In this document: piece by piece, positions 1 through 11,225 of the stretch
Numbering within the stretch: position 1 is the stretch's first letter
How the letters are laid out: every line of letters begins with the position of its first letter
Assembly (NCBI GenBank): GCA_043228905.1
Contig: JBHGNT010000001.1
Coordinates: forward strand, 1,302,001 to 1,366,000
Origin: Azolla caroliniana
Taxonomy: Eukaryota; Plantae; Polypodiophyta
DNA length: 64,000 nucleotides
Direction: 5' to 3'
Notes under the pieces: generated by a model
What the model was told of the DNA's origin: nothing
Database searches by the model: none
Seen by the model: only the letters and a program-made list of their open reading frames with translations
Program-made: the position numbers and the translations under genes

Positions 1-1129
1 TTCATCGACGACTACACGCGGCACACATGGATCTACCTCATCGAGAGGAAGGGCGAAGTCTTCAACTGTTTCTGGGACCTCAAAGGGTTCGTGGAAATGG
101 AAACGGGAAGTAGCAATGGGCACGGTTTCGGCTCAAACCGAACCGAACCGTTAAACCGTGGCTTAACGGTTTATCGGTTCAAAATTAAATAATGAGTTTG
201 GTTTGGTTTAAAGAATGAAAGTTCGGTTTGGTTTCGGTTCGGTTCGGTTTAACATTTATCGGTTTATCGGTTTTATCGGTTTAACGGTTTCTATTAATTT
301 GGTTCGGTTTATAGGTTTATAGGTTCTTACCCTAGCCCTAAATTTTCAATTTTATAAATTATACCCTTCCTAAATTTTCTATTTTATAAATTATACCCTT
401 CTTATTTTTACTATGGACCTAATACTAGTTAGTAGTAGTAAGTACATACTACAAACTACAGTGTATCTACAGACAGACAGACACAACTATCGAACAGAAA
501 GGATTCAGGAGGCGCACTACACAGGCGGCATTGTGCAGGCTGAGGCGGCAACCACCAATCACCACTTCCAATCACCACTTCATTGCTCTTCAAACTCCAG
601 ACTCTCCATAACACAGGTATGATCCATAACACAGGCTAAGTTTTTCCTTTTAGTTAACATGAAAAAATTGCAGTCTTCTCTTTGACTGATGAGTTGAAGA
701 TCATTTTAGACATGTATGAGAAGTAAATCATGCTCTTGATGGTGGAATTTATTATCACATCGTTTTTAATAAATTGGATTGAAACCTTATCATTTCTGGG
801 TTTCATCTGCATTACATTTGTATAGTGCACCATAACATATAGTTCCATTGCATTTAATCGGTTTCTCACAAATTGGGCCGAACCCTTATCATTGTTCCCA
901 GTACTTTACTTTATATTTGTATTGTATTGTGCAGCCAGAACTTCAGTGCATGGGATGTTAGTTTCATTGCGATTTACTGCTCTATGGAATTATTTATATA
1001 TACAAGATTCCTCTTGACATTATCTTTATGCTTATTAGACTCGGGATTTGGCTTATGGTGCTTCATAAAATAGGTCCAAAATTCTCTCTCAGATTTAATT
1101 ATAACTAAATTTGATTCAATCACATAACT

Positions 1130-1590
1130 TAACATCTTCCCTCACCTGCTTTTGAAAGGCCATTGGCAAGGAAATTATAAGTGTTTATGTTGGGCACTTC
1201 TCCCTTTTCTTTCATCATCTTAAATAATGCAACATCTCCTGGTTTCTCTTCTTGCTAGAAGGAATAAACAAGAAGGTTACATATATACAAGTTTGTTAAC
1301 AAAACATGCTGAAGCATTTTATCATACATCCCATAAGCTTGCTTTGGAAACCCTGCTTTCACCAATGCATCAATCATTATGTTAAATGTATGGGAATTGG
1401 GAATACAGTCATATTTCTCCATCCTTTCAAAGGCTGTGACAGAAGCTTCAAGCATTCCAACATAAGCATAGACCCTGGCAATAGCTGTGAAAGCATTCGG
1501 TCTCAAACTAACTTGATCCTTAACTATGTCTTCCATGAGAAATTCTATGGTCTTGAAATCCTTTGCCTCCCCAAGAATCTCAAAAAGCCA
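1130..1590 (-). pseudogene. captured P-class PPR gene fragment (~3-4 motifs) inside the hAT
   Basis: FEILGEAKDFKTIEFLMEDIVKDQVSLRPNAFTAIARVYAYVGMLEASVTAFERMEKYDCIPNSHTFNIMIDALVKAGFPKQAYGMYDKML...*...VPNINTYNFLANGLSKAG shows ~35-aa PPR periodicity. Internal stop; no intact gene context. Confidence 0.88.
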
Positions 1591-1790
1591 CCAAGTTGAG
1601 CTAACTTAGCAATGTAACAATGTATCTTTCTATGTTAACATGTCTATCTTTCTATGTTTGCCATTAGACATAATGGTTGTTTTACTGTTCTTAGCTAACT
1701 TAGCAAACTTTCTACTTCATTTATTTTTCTCATTATAATGTATTTGAAATGTGCTAATTGAGTTAATTGAATTTTATAGGACACCATAAA

Positions 1791-4033
1791 ATGGAATCAT
1801 CATCTCAAATTGATGCTGCAATGAACTCATCTCAAACTGATGCTGCAATGAACTCATCTTCAATTGATGTTAGTCGTGGGTCAACAAGTAGCTCAAGAAA
1901 AAGGCTACGCACATCATGGACAGATGCTCACATCATATTTTATATGGATAATGGCACACCTCGACGACGATGCCATCATTGCCATGTTTGTTGGTCTTCT
2001 ACAACATCCACAGGCACTATAGCCAAACATTTAGTAGAAAAGCATCGTTTATCAAGCGACCCAGACCAAAATTCCGGTATATCACAGCACATTCAATCTT
2101 CAATTGAGTCAGCTAGAGTATCTCATGTTTTAGAGAAGAAAATTGATGCTGCCATCGTGAAGTATATTGTGAAGGGAACATTGCCCCATGCACATGTGGA
2201 ATCACCTAAATTTAAGGAGTTCATGCAACAAATTGTACCTGGATATCAAGTAAAGTCAAGACGCACAATTAAGCGTTCTATCCTAGAAATGTATGTGGTG
2301 TTGCGTCGTCAGGTGATAGATTTGCTATCGAAATGCCAATCAAGATTTTCCATAACATTTGATGGTTGGTCAAATAGTAGTTTGAAGGGCTTTTACTCAG
2401 TGACACTTCATTGGGTATGTCATGAAATAGCAAGGTCAAGGTCAATGTTATTGGATTTTGTGCATGTATTTCCAGGTGTTGGATCAGGGAAGCGTTGTGC
2501 ACATGCCCTTTTTGCTCGACTTCGATCCTTTGATATTTCTAGTGGACACTTAGCTACAATTTTTGATGGAGCGAGTGATGCACAAGTAGCTGCAAAAGAG
2601 TTGAGCATGTTGTTACAAGATGAGCATGGTAAGGAAATTTTGGCTCCATCACATATGTTAAGATGTATGGTTCACACTTTTCAGTTGGGTATCAAGGCAG
2701 CATTAGAGGTTATCTCACCCTCAACAGAAAAGTTGAGAACAGTGCTCCATACTATTAGATCTAGCAAGGTTCGAAGGGAAGTGTTTAGGAAGTATGCTAG
2801 GATGGTTGAGCATCATGAAAGGGAACCCCCAAGGCTCGATGTTGTTACAAGATGGAATTTTACCTTGGAAATGTTTAGGCAATCTATCAAGGATAAAGAT
2901 GTATTGAACTTTACAATTTCAGATTTAACAATATCAAGTGATTTCAATGGTAATGTCTTGACCAGAGAAGATTGGAGTCACATACATGCCATGGTGGAAT
3001 GGCTAGATACACCGGCCGAGGTTTCTACTTTTCTGGGAGGCTCAAGATATCCTACATTATCACTAGCATCGCTAGCATATAATTGTTTACTAAATCATTG
3101 TAATCAATTTTTAGATTCTTCGCTTCCAGGATCATCTAGATTCACACAAGAGGTGCTTCAAAGAGCATCTGAGAACTACTTGCAATATTTAATTAAGTAT
3201 CAAGAATCGTTAAAGTCTATTCCATCTCACATAGCAATGTTTCTTGATCCCAGGTAATGCTTACCTTTATATCGTACAATTATCATCATGATTTCTGATT
3301 TTTTATTTGAGTTTAAAACCGTTTTATTTGTTTGATAGATTGCCTCTTCCAAATAATCATACAGAAAGAGAGTTAGATATTAAGTTGGTTGAAAGCATGA
3401 TTGAGTCCCACTATCACTCGTTCTCGAGTGATGTTGAACCACCTTCGGCTTCAACCACAATACATGAAAATGATAAGAATTCTAAATTTTGGACGTTAAT
3501 GGGTGTAAATAATAAAAGTCTTATTTCCGATTCATAGTCAGAAATTCAGCACTTTATGAGACTTCCTTCGGCTAGCACGGACAAGGATCCTTTACAATGG
3601 TGGAATGATAATAAATCGGCAATGCCTTCACTATATAGGATGGCATGTGATTACCTCAGTATACCAGCATCATCAGTACCTGCTGAAGAGGCTAATTCGG
3701 CAGCAAAAATGACCTTTGATAATAGGATAAAACTACATTCATGCACTTTCAAAGCTGAAATGTGCGTTCGATCATGGATGAATGTTTTAAAAGAATGTAA
3801 TGTTCAAATGTTAGATAATTTTCACATCAGTTATGCGGAACTAACAATGAATTTGGATGATCTTGTTGCTGAAGACGAGGTAATAGATTACATATCGCAT
3901 GATAGTCAAAGGAAAATTAAGGTATGCATACTTGTTACTTTGTTGTTTTTTATTTGAGTCTTTACTTAAAGTATTTTTATTAATAATTACTTACTTGTTT
4001 TTATGTATTTTATATGTACAGGAATCATGTTGA
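1791..4033 (+). pseudogene. hAT transposase (BED finger, DDE, hATC dimerisation domain); exons 1791-3253, 3339-3921, 4022-4033; single in-frame TAG at 3535-3537
   Basis: BED CHHC...HLVEKH; SITFDGWS; TIFDGAS; RCMVHTFQL; TRWN; DPLQWW...LYRMACDYLSIPASSVPAE. GT-AG introns keep the frame (DPR|LPLP). ORFs 3307-3537 and 3556-3957 share one frame. Confidence 0.93.
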
Positions 4034-4820
4034 TTTTTGACATGTTAACGACAATAGTGGTTGCAATTGGAGATCTTCAAAGTCATTGTAATTTTTATTA
4101 CATGTTGTTTACTATTTTGTTTTTAGTCGATTCTTTAAATTTGTTATTATGAATTACTTAATTCTTTTGTATATTTTATACTTTCAGGAATCCCTTATTC
4201 AAATATTGGAAACAAAAAGCTGGATTAAGTTTACATATATGGTCCTATGGATTTGGAAAATTGGAACTCTATTATATGGATTGTTGTTCTTAATTGGAAA
4301 TTTGGAACTCTATTGTATGGAATTTTGGAACTCTATTGTATGGATTTTTGTTATCATTCCAAAAAACATTTATCTTTTTATGTAATATCTTATCATGTTT
4401 CACAAATTAACAATTTTCAAAAAATGTGTTGTGAATTTCTGTTATTTTATAGTGTTCTAGTCTTTGATTTGGTACAATTTATTGTTTCGTGTTGCTTGGA
4501 TTATGTCAAAACCAATTTGGTTTGGTTTGGTTTTGATGTTTGATACACTGGTTTGGTTTTGATTTTTGGTAAACCGGTTCAGTTTGGTTCTACATTTTAC
4601 ATAAACGGTTTGGTTTTAAATGGTTTGGTTTCTCATACCTATTAAACGGTTTGGCTTAAATGGTTTGGCTTAAATAGTTTGGTTTAAATGGCTTCAAATT
4701 TTTTAAATGGTTTGGTTTGGTTTTTATTCTGAATAACCGGTTTGGTTTGGTTTGGTTTGGTTTCAAGGTCAAGAAACCGAACCGAACCGAAACCGAACCG
4801 CGCCCATTGCTAACGGGAAG

Positions 4821-7760
4821 ACAGATCAAATGCCTGCGGTCGGATGGCGGAAAAGAATACTTTTCCGGTCAATTCAACGGTTATCTACAACAGATGGGAA
4901 TTTGGCGCGAATTCAGTTGCAGATACACACTGGAGCAAAACGGCGTGGCCGAGAGGAAAAATTGGTCAATTGTTGAAGCGGCACGGGCAATGCTGGAAGA
5001 GAAGAGCCAACCCAAGTTCTACTGGGCCGAGGCAGTAAGGACCGCGGTATACATCCAGAATCGCATCGGAGATAAAGTGTCGGCGCACGAGCTATATTTC
5101 GGAACGAAGCCGAACTTGTGACACTTCCGAGTTTTCGGTAGCATTGCGTATGTGCATGTTCCGAAGGAGAAAAAGAGGAAGTTGGACGCAAAAGCCGAGA
5201 AGTGTATCTTGGTCGGCTATTCGGACGAGCAGAAGGGTTATAAGTGCTATAACCCGCGTACCAAACAAGCTGACATTGTGTTTGATGAGTCTGCATCCTG
5301 GTACTTGCCCCCGACTCCGGACCTCACCTCCAATCCGGGTTCTGACGATGAGATCAGTGAGACTGAGATGTCTCCGGATGAGCCTGAAATCGGGACCCAC
5401 GAAGAGAGTCCGATTTCGTTTCGGTTAAGTGGACCGAATGGACGACTAAGTCGTTTCGACCAGTCCGATGAAGAGCCGGCGAGTAGTGGAGACTCGTTCG
5501 TACATTCGCCGTGCAGGAAGCCGAGGAGACGGCTTACGCGGAAAGAGAAAGGGAAGAAAAAGGTGTCGGATTCCGGCACGGATAGAAACGAGTTAGATCG
5601 ACGCAAGTCCGACTCTGAGGAAAGAGGTGACGGGTCTTCAAGAGCGAAGTCCGCGTCGGCCGAGAAGACCTCGACATCGGCTAAAGACCGATTACACCGA
5701 TCTACCCGCTAGAAGAACCCAGTTGTGCGGTTCGGATACAACGAGTACATGGCGCATCATTATGCGTACATGACCCGTGTAGCGGAAGTGCGTGAGCCGG
5801 AGAGCTACACAGAAGCGGCTAAGAACGCAAACTGGCGCGCCGTAATGGAGGAAGAGATGCACGCATTGGCGGAAAACGAGACCTGGGACTTGGTTGACAC
5901 ACCAAAGGGTGTGACGTCGATCGGATGTAGGTGGGTGTACAAGGTCAAGTACAACACCGACGGCTTGGTCAACCGATACCAGGCTCGGTTAGTGGCAAAA
6001 GGCTACGCGCAAAAACACGGCATCGACTACGATGAGACATTTGCGCCAGTCGCGAAGATGACGACCGTCCATGTTTTGCTCGCGGTAGCTGCGGCAAAGG
6101 GGTGGCACTTACATCGGATGGATGTAAAGATTGCGTTCCTGCAAGGTGAGCTTGAGGAACAGGTGTACATGGTACAACCCCCCGGATTTCACTCCGAAAC
6201 GAACACCTCGGCAGTGTGCCGATTGAAGAAGTCCCTTTAGGGATTGAAGCAAGCCCCCCGTGCCTAGAACGCAAAGATCACGCGGCAACTACATTGGATG
6301 GGCTTTGCAACGTCAAAATCGGACTCTTCCTTGTTCATCCGGAAAGGTCGACTTGGGCCGGTTAGTATTTTACTATATGTTGATGACTTGGACATCACCG
6401 GCGCCGACTTGGGTGAAATCGACCGCGTGAAGCTCCAGCTTGCGGCATCATTCGACATGAAGGATCTGGGGGACCTTCATTACTTCCTCAGGATCGAAGT
6501 GGTCCGCACCCCCAAAGGCATATTGATCAGCCAACATCATTACGCATTGAATATGCTCTTCAAATTCGGGATGGCAGACTGTAAGTCCGTCTCGACTCCT
6601 CTTGATAGAACCGTCAAGCTTCGCCCCAATTCCGGAAAGGTGTGCGACCCGACGAGGTTCCGACAAATTGTCGGAAGCCTTATTTACTTGACAATCACCC
6701 GACCCGATCTCAGTTATCTGGTCGGGGTGATCAGTCAGTTTATGGCGCGACCTACCGAGGAGCACCTTCAGTGTGCGCAACGCGTACTGCGGTACGTAAG
6801 CGGCACTAAGGACCGGGGACTACTATTTCGGACCGGTCTAGCCCCGCAGTTGGTTGGCTACACCGATGCTGATTGGGCTGGCAACGCGGCCGATCGCCGA
6901 TCCACGTCCGGATACGCGTTCTCTCTTGGGAGTGCCGCGATAGCATGGAGTAGCAAGAAACAGCCGACAGTTGCACTGTCGAGCACCGAAGTCGAATATA
7001 GAGGAGCGGTTGTCGCGACATGCGAAGCCATATGGTTGAAGCGGCTACTTAAGGACCTGCAGGTGGAGGTGTTCGATCCGACGACGATCTACTGTGACAA
7101 CCTCAACAGGATCCAACTCACGAAGAACCCCGTCTTCCACCCACGGACCAAGCACATTGAGGTGCACTACCATTTTGTCCGTGAGCGTGTTCTTTCTGGT
7201 GAAGTCGAACTTCAGTATGTTCCGACGGATCGGCAGACCGCCGACATCTTCACCAAGCCTCTTGGTCTGGACAAGTTGCGGCAATTCTCGGGTGCGCTTG
7301 GGTTGCATCACCTCGACGTGCCGAACTTGAGGGGGAGAGACATCCCAGATGACCACGAAAGGGAGAGGAAAGGAGTGGAAAAGATCGTGGCGCCGAGTCG
7401 GATGACGAATTCGATTTCGGATTGGCTGAAGAAGCCAAGGGCAGATCCGCGGAAGAATCCGAAAGCGGATATAAGGGGAGCAGCCGGAAGAAAGAGCCAA
7501 AGCCAAGCAAGCATGGGGGAGATGATGTCGTCAAGGGCGAGAAGACCGAAGACGAGTTGGAGACAACCAACTCGGACAAGAGCAAAAACCGATCGGAGGT
7601 AGCCGAGTTGGTTCAAGTGTTTGATTCGGATACACTAAATCAACCGAGGGCCAAGCGGAAAAAAAGGCAGCAAGAGAAGCGCCAACACTGCGACAACAAG
7701 GGAGCTGTGAAGGGCCGTACCGACCGAAAGGGTCGAAGCGCACGGAGTCGAAAAGGCTGA
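4821..7760 (+). pseudogene. copia pol (integrase C-part, RT, RNase H, charged C-terminal tail) with in-frame stops
   Basis: ORFs 4717-5121, 5152-5712, 5725-6240 and 6298-7602 are all in one frame, separated only by stops at 5119, 5710, 6238 and 6265. A probable frameshift near 7370 precedes the 7422-7760 tail. Confidence 0.93.
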
Positions 7761-7847
7761 GGAGCGCGAGCGAGGCGTGGAGCCAGGAGGAACCGGAGCG
7801 GTGATCCGGAAGATCCCGAAGAGCCTCAAGTTGAGCTTGAGGAGGAG

Positions 7848-8287
7848 TGTTGAGAGACAAGCTCAACATCGGCCGGATTGGCTGAGCAAGCCAAGGACCG
7901 GATCGGTTGGGACCGATCGGTTAGGCCAAACCGGTGCGTAAAACAGATGCGTAAACCGGTGCGTAGGAAGGCCGTATTGGTGCGTAAACCGGAAGGCCGT
8001 TAGAAAGATATTCCTCGTAAGGAATAGTTTTGGGAGTAAGTCGAGGCTCATTTATGAGCAGTCAAGTACTGTCAGTACTTGTGTCAGCCCGATTGTCAAG
8101 GCTTGTATAAAAGTGCTCACTGAGCACATCCTATGTACAGATTGAGTATTACCTTTTTGAATTAAGTTCTTGTGTTTACTCTCTCTCTATCTCTCCCGTG
8201 CGTACTGTGCAAACCTAAGCTTTCCATTAAACCTGCGTTTTCTGTTGTTCGTTTTTTCTATATTGCTTCCGCACGCCATTCTTTTCA
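7848..8287 (+). repeat. 3' LTR of the copia element (~440 bp)
   Basis: Starts TGTTGAGA immediately after the purine tract GAGGAGGAG (7839-7847). Contains GTGCGTAAA repeats and TATA-like TATAAAAG (~8106). The end at CTTTTCA (8287) is inferred because the 5' LTR is not in the window. Confidence 0.7.
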
Positions 8288-10029
8288 AAAATGTCCACAA
8301 TTCAAGTATTCATAGATGTTATGAGTATCAACGCAATGTGTGTATGTGCCATATATTTTGCATGACAACCTACGGATCGTGTAATTATCATAATTGTTGT
8401 AACCTATAAAATGAATTGTTGCATTCATAAGGATTTTTCTATTATGCTTTTTGTATGGACCTTTTAGGTTATCATGGAGTGTGTGTGCAATATAGAAAAT
8501 GCATTATGCCCACATGCAAATAAGTTGGCTAGAATTGGATAATACAAGCGAACTTGTATGAGTTACAAAGTCACATTTTGAAGCTTAACATTTATAGCTG
8601 CTTGCAAGTGTTCCTCAAGCCATACACTCTACTCCACAAAGAGTGTCGTGCTTGTTTTCAAACATATTGGTCATCTTGATGAGTTCTTTGATTAGGTTTT
8701 GGTGGCCATGTGTGAGTTGTTGCTCCCGAACATTGGAGTTCCACTTGGGTGCTCTCTCTTGCATCATCATATTCTGTTGGTGTTTGAGTTACTCACAATA
8801 GAGGTTGGTGGTGGAGAAACTAGCTAGTGCATATGTCAAGATCTCATGTGGTTGCTCGTGCTTCCAATGTAGCAATCATCCCCAATGCAAATTGGATTGC
8901 CAATGGGGTGACATTGAATAAGGTTAAAAGTACCTTTGTAGGAGTGATGATTTGTAATCGTGGTTACATGTATGTTTCTAGATGGAGTAGTTTGTACTTC
9001 TATTCTCTCTAATTACATTGTAATAATGATTGTAATCGTGTTAGCTTGCTCAAGACAAACTCAATGTTCCTTGACATATCATAACATATAGAGATCCAAT
9101 ACCACTTCATTAATGAGACAGTCCCATCGGATTATTGTCGAGTAGATTATCAAGCTCAAATCAATGAATTCAATCATGATTGAGGTCATATAGCAAATGA
9201 CTTTAGAACTTTTAAAGTAATAAAGTCATGGGGAATGTAGAGCATTGAAGTTGGTATCATTTTTCATAACCATAGGTTCCTTTTTGTTGGAAGTCAACTA
9301 TATGAGTGGTGATCACGTGTTTAATCTATGGAATGCAACATCATATGTCAATGATGTCATAAGATTTTTAGAGTGCATGCAAATTCAATAATGGTCATTT
9401 TGTCAAAAATATCAAAAATGGTCACCAATGAAAGGCATTTGATTAGTTCCATTTTTGCATGTGCCTATTTTTTATGTTTTCTTATATATCTATGTTTATA
9501 TATTGCATAAGTGTAGAATAAATCTCCATCATTTTAAAAGGATATGGACCTTTATGCTCATTTTTAGGGAAGATGGAGATCACATAATTTGGATGTATAT
9601 TGTTCCCGTCATTTTGGGAAACAATGTCTGCTAACTTTGTCTATGGACATTCTGTTGTTACAAATTTAGGATGCTATAGGTTACATTGCATGCTCAATTT
9701 CAGTTTGGGAGGAGTAGATGATAAAAACCTTGGAGATATGGTGTACAAATATGACATGTAGTTCTTGTATATACACATCAAATCAGCTATTAGGAATGGC
9801 ATTGGAACGTTGTTGTTGTTACACAAGTTGCAAGATGGATTATGAAAGAGAGACATCATACAAAGTTTGAAAAGCAGAAATCTAGGAACAACAACAACAA
9901 ATTGCTTGAAGTTTAGCTAAAAACATTACTAGTTTCTGGCATTCAAGTGAAGCACTTCTTAGAGATGTTGTTAGAATGATAATGTTTCAATGTCAGTTTT
10001 ATCAAGCAGTAATTCGGAAAAAACAACCA

Positions 10030-10830
10030 TTATAAGGTATCCTCAATGTTGTGGCATTTCTCAAAATTTGTGCTCAAAGGAAGGATCTTTGTGAAGGTTA
10101 TAGAATACATGCATATATTGTGAGAAAAGGGTTGCTTGAAAAAAACCCGTATCTAGCGACCGATTTGATCAACATGTATGCTAAATGTGGTGCTCTTTTG
10201 AAAGCACAAAAAGTGCTTGAAAAGTTGACAACCCGAAATGTTATATCGTGGAATGCGTTAATTTCATGTTATGCACAAGAAGGCCGAGTTTATGAAGATT
10301 TAAAAGCTTCGAAACGATACAAAACGACGACATCTCTCCTCATACCATCAACTTTATTTGCATTTTCAAAGCAACATAGCAAGAGATGTAGAAATGGGCA
10401 TAAAAATTCATTTAAAGATTGTTTCTAAGTGCTTTCCATTAAAAGATATCGCACTTGGAAATGCACTAGTGGATATGTATGCCAAATGTGGTTTGATTAT
10501 TAAAGCGCAAGATGTACTTGAACAGCTTCCAGTCTGAGATGTAGTTTCTTGGAATATTATGATCAACGGATGTGTGCAAAATGAACAAAATAACAGAGTA
10601 TTGAGAATCTACGAACGAATGCGAAGTCAAGGTCTTGTTCTAGATTCATGATGAGGTCATGAAAAGGAAATTGTTGGAGAATAAGGTTTTCTTGCCACTA
10701 CTTTGGTTCATATGTATGTTACCTATGGTATGCTTGAGAAAGAAGAAAAGTATTGGAATACCTTCATCTTCGATATGTGTTTGCTTGATCGGCCCTTATT
10801 GTTGGCTATGCTCTACAAATCGGTTATGAT
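10030..10830 (+). pseudogene. degenerate PLS-class PPR gene fragment
   Basis: LEKNPYLATDLINMYAKCGALLKAQKVLEKLTTRNVISWNALISCYAQEG; GNALVDMYAKCG...DVVSWNIMINGCVQ; LVHMYVTYGMLEK. Multiple frameshifts and stops. Confidence 0.9.
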
Positions 10831-11225
10831 GAGAGTACAAGGGAATCGGTTGGTATATTTGTTTATCCAACACAACTTTTGTATTTCTTATGATTTCATA
10901 ATACCAAGGTGTATCTTTTTAGGGGGAAAAAAAACTCCATCATTTTACTAAGATATTTTTTACATGAAATAATGGAAGTGTGAAAATATTCTTGCCTTGT
11001 GACTATGAATATATAAACAAATGCGAAAACACATTTACAGAGGCAATCTTTACAAAATTCACAATTAATGAAAAAACACAAGTAATTAATGAAAAAAATA
11101 ATGTGTGGATAAAGGGGCATACCAATATGTCTAAGCACATAGTACAATGTCATGTGGAAAGAGAAATTTCATTTAGTTGATTTTTGAAGTTCCAACTTAA
11201 TGTTGTTCAATAATTTTACAATGAA

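Larger units (their letters stand above)
111..4812 (+). mobile_element. hAT-superfamily DNA transposon, full length (4702 bp)
   Basis: TIRs TAGCAATGGGCACGGTT / AACCGCGCCCATTGCTA (16/17). Perfect 8-bp TSD ACGGGAAG at 103-110 and 4813-4820. Dense CGGTT/AACCG subterminal repeats at both ends; internal transposase. Confidence 0.98.
1..8287 (+). mobile_element. Ty1/copia LTR retrotransposon, 3' part (integrase-RT-RNaseH-PPT-3' LTR); 5' part outside window; interrupted by hAT at 111-4812
   Basis: Bases 1-110 translate FIDDYTRHTWIYLIERKGEVF...EMETG and resume after the hAT as RQIKCLRSDGGKEY...QNGVAERKN (rve DDE core). RVT_2 motifs follow (ARLVAKG, MDVKIAFLQGELEEQVYMVQPPGF, YVDD), then copia RNase H (GYTDADWAG, RTKHIEVHYHFVRE, ADIFTKPL). 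Integrase-before-RT order is diagnostic of copia. Confidence 0.97.

Noticed and set aside
121-330. Regularly recurring GGTTT/CGGTT motifs (also 4510-4800) as a CRISPR-like or telomeric array
   Set aside because: No unique spacers and no true TTTAGGG array; these are hAT subterminal transposase-binding repeats.
4717-5121. ORF fusing the hAT right end to copia integrase
   Set aside because: Chance open frame through subterminal repeats with a non-ATG start; explained by the nested insertion.
4913-7869. Many minus-strand ORFs within the copia
   Set aside because: Expected in GC-rich pol sequence; no recognisable domains and no evidence for an antisense gene.
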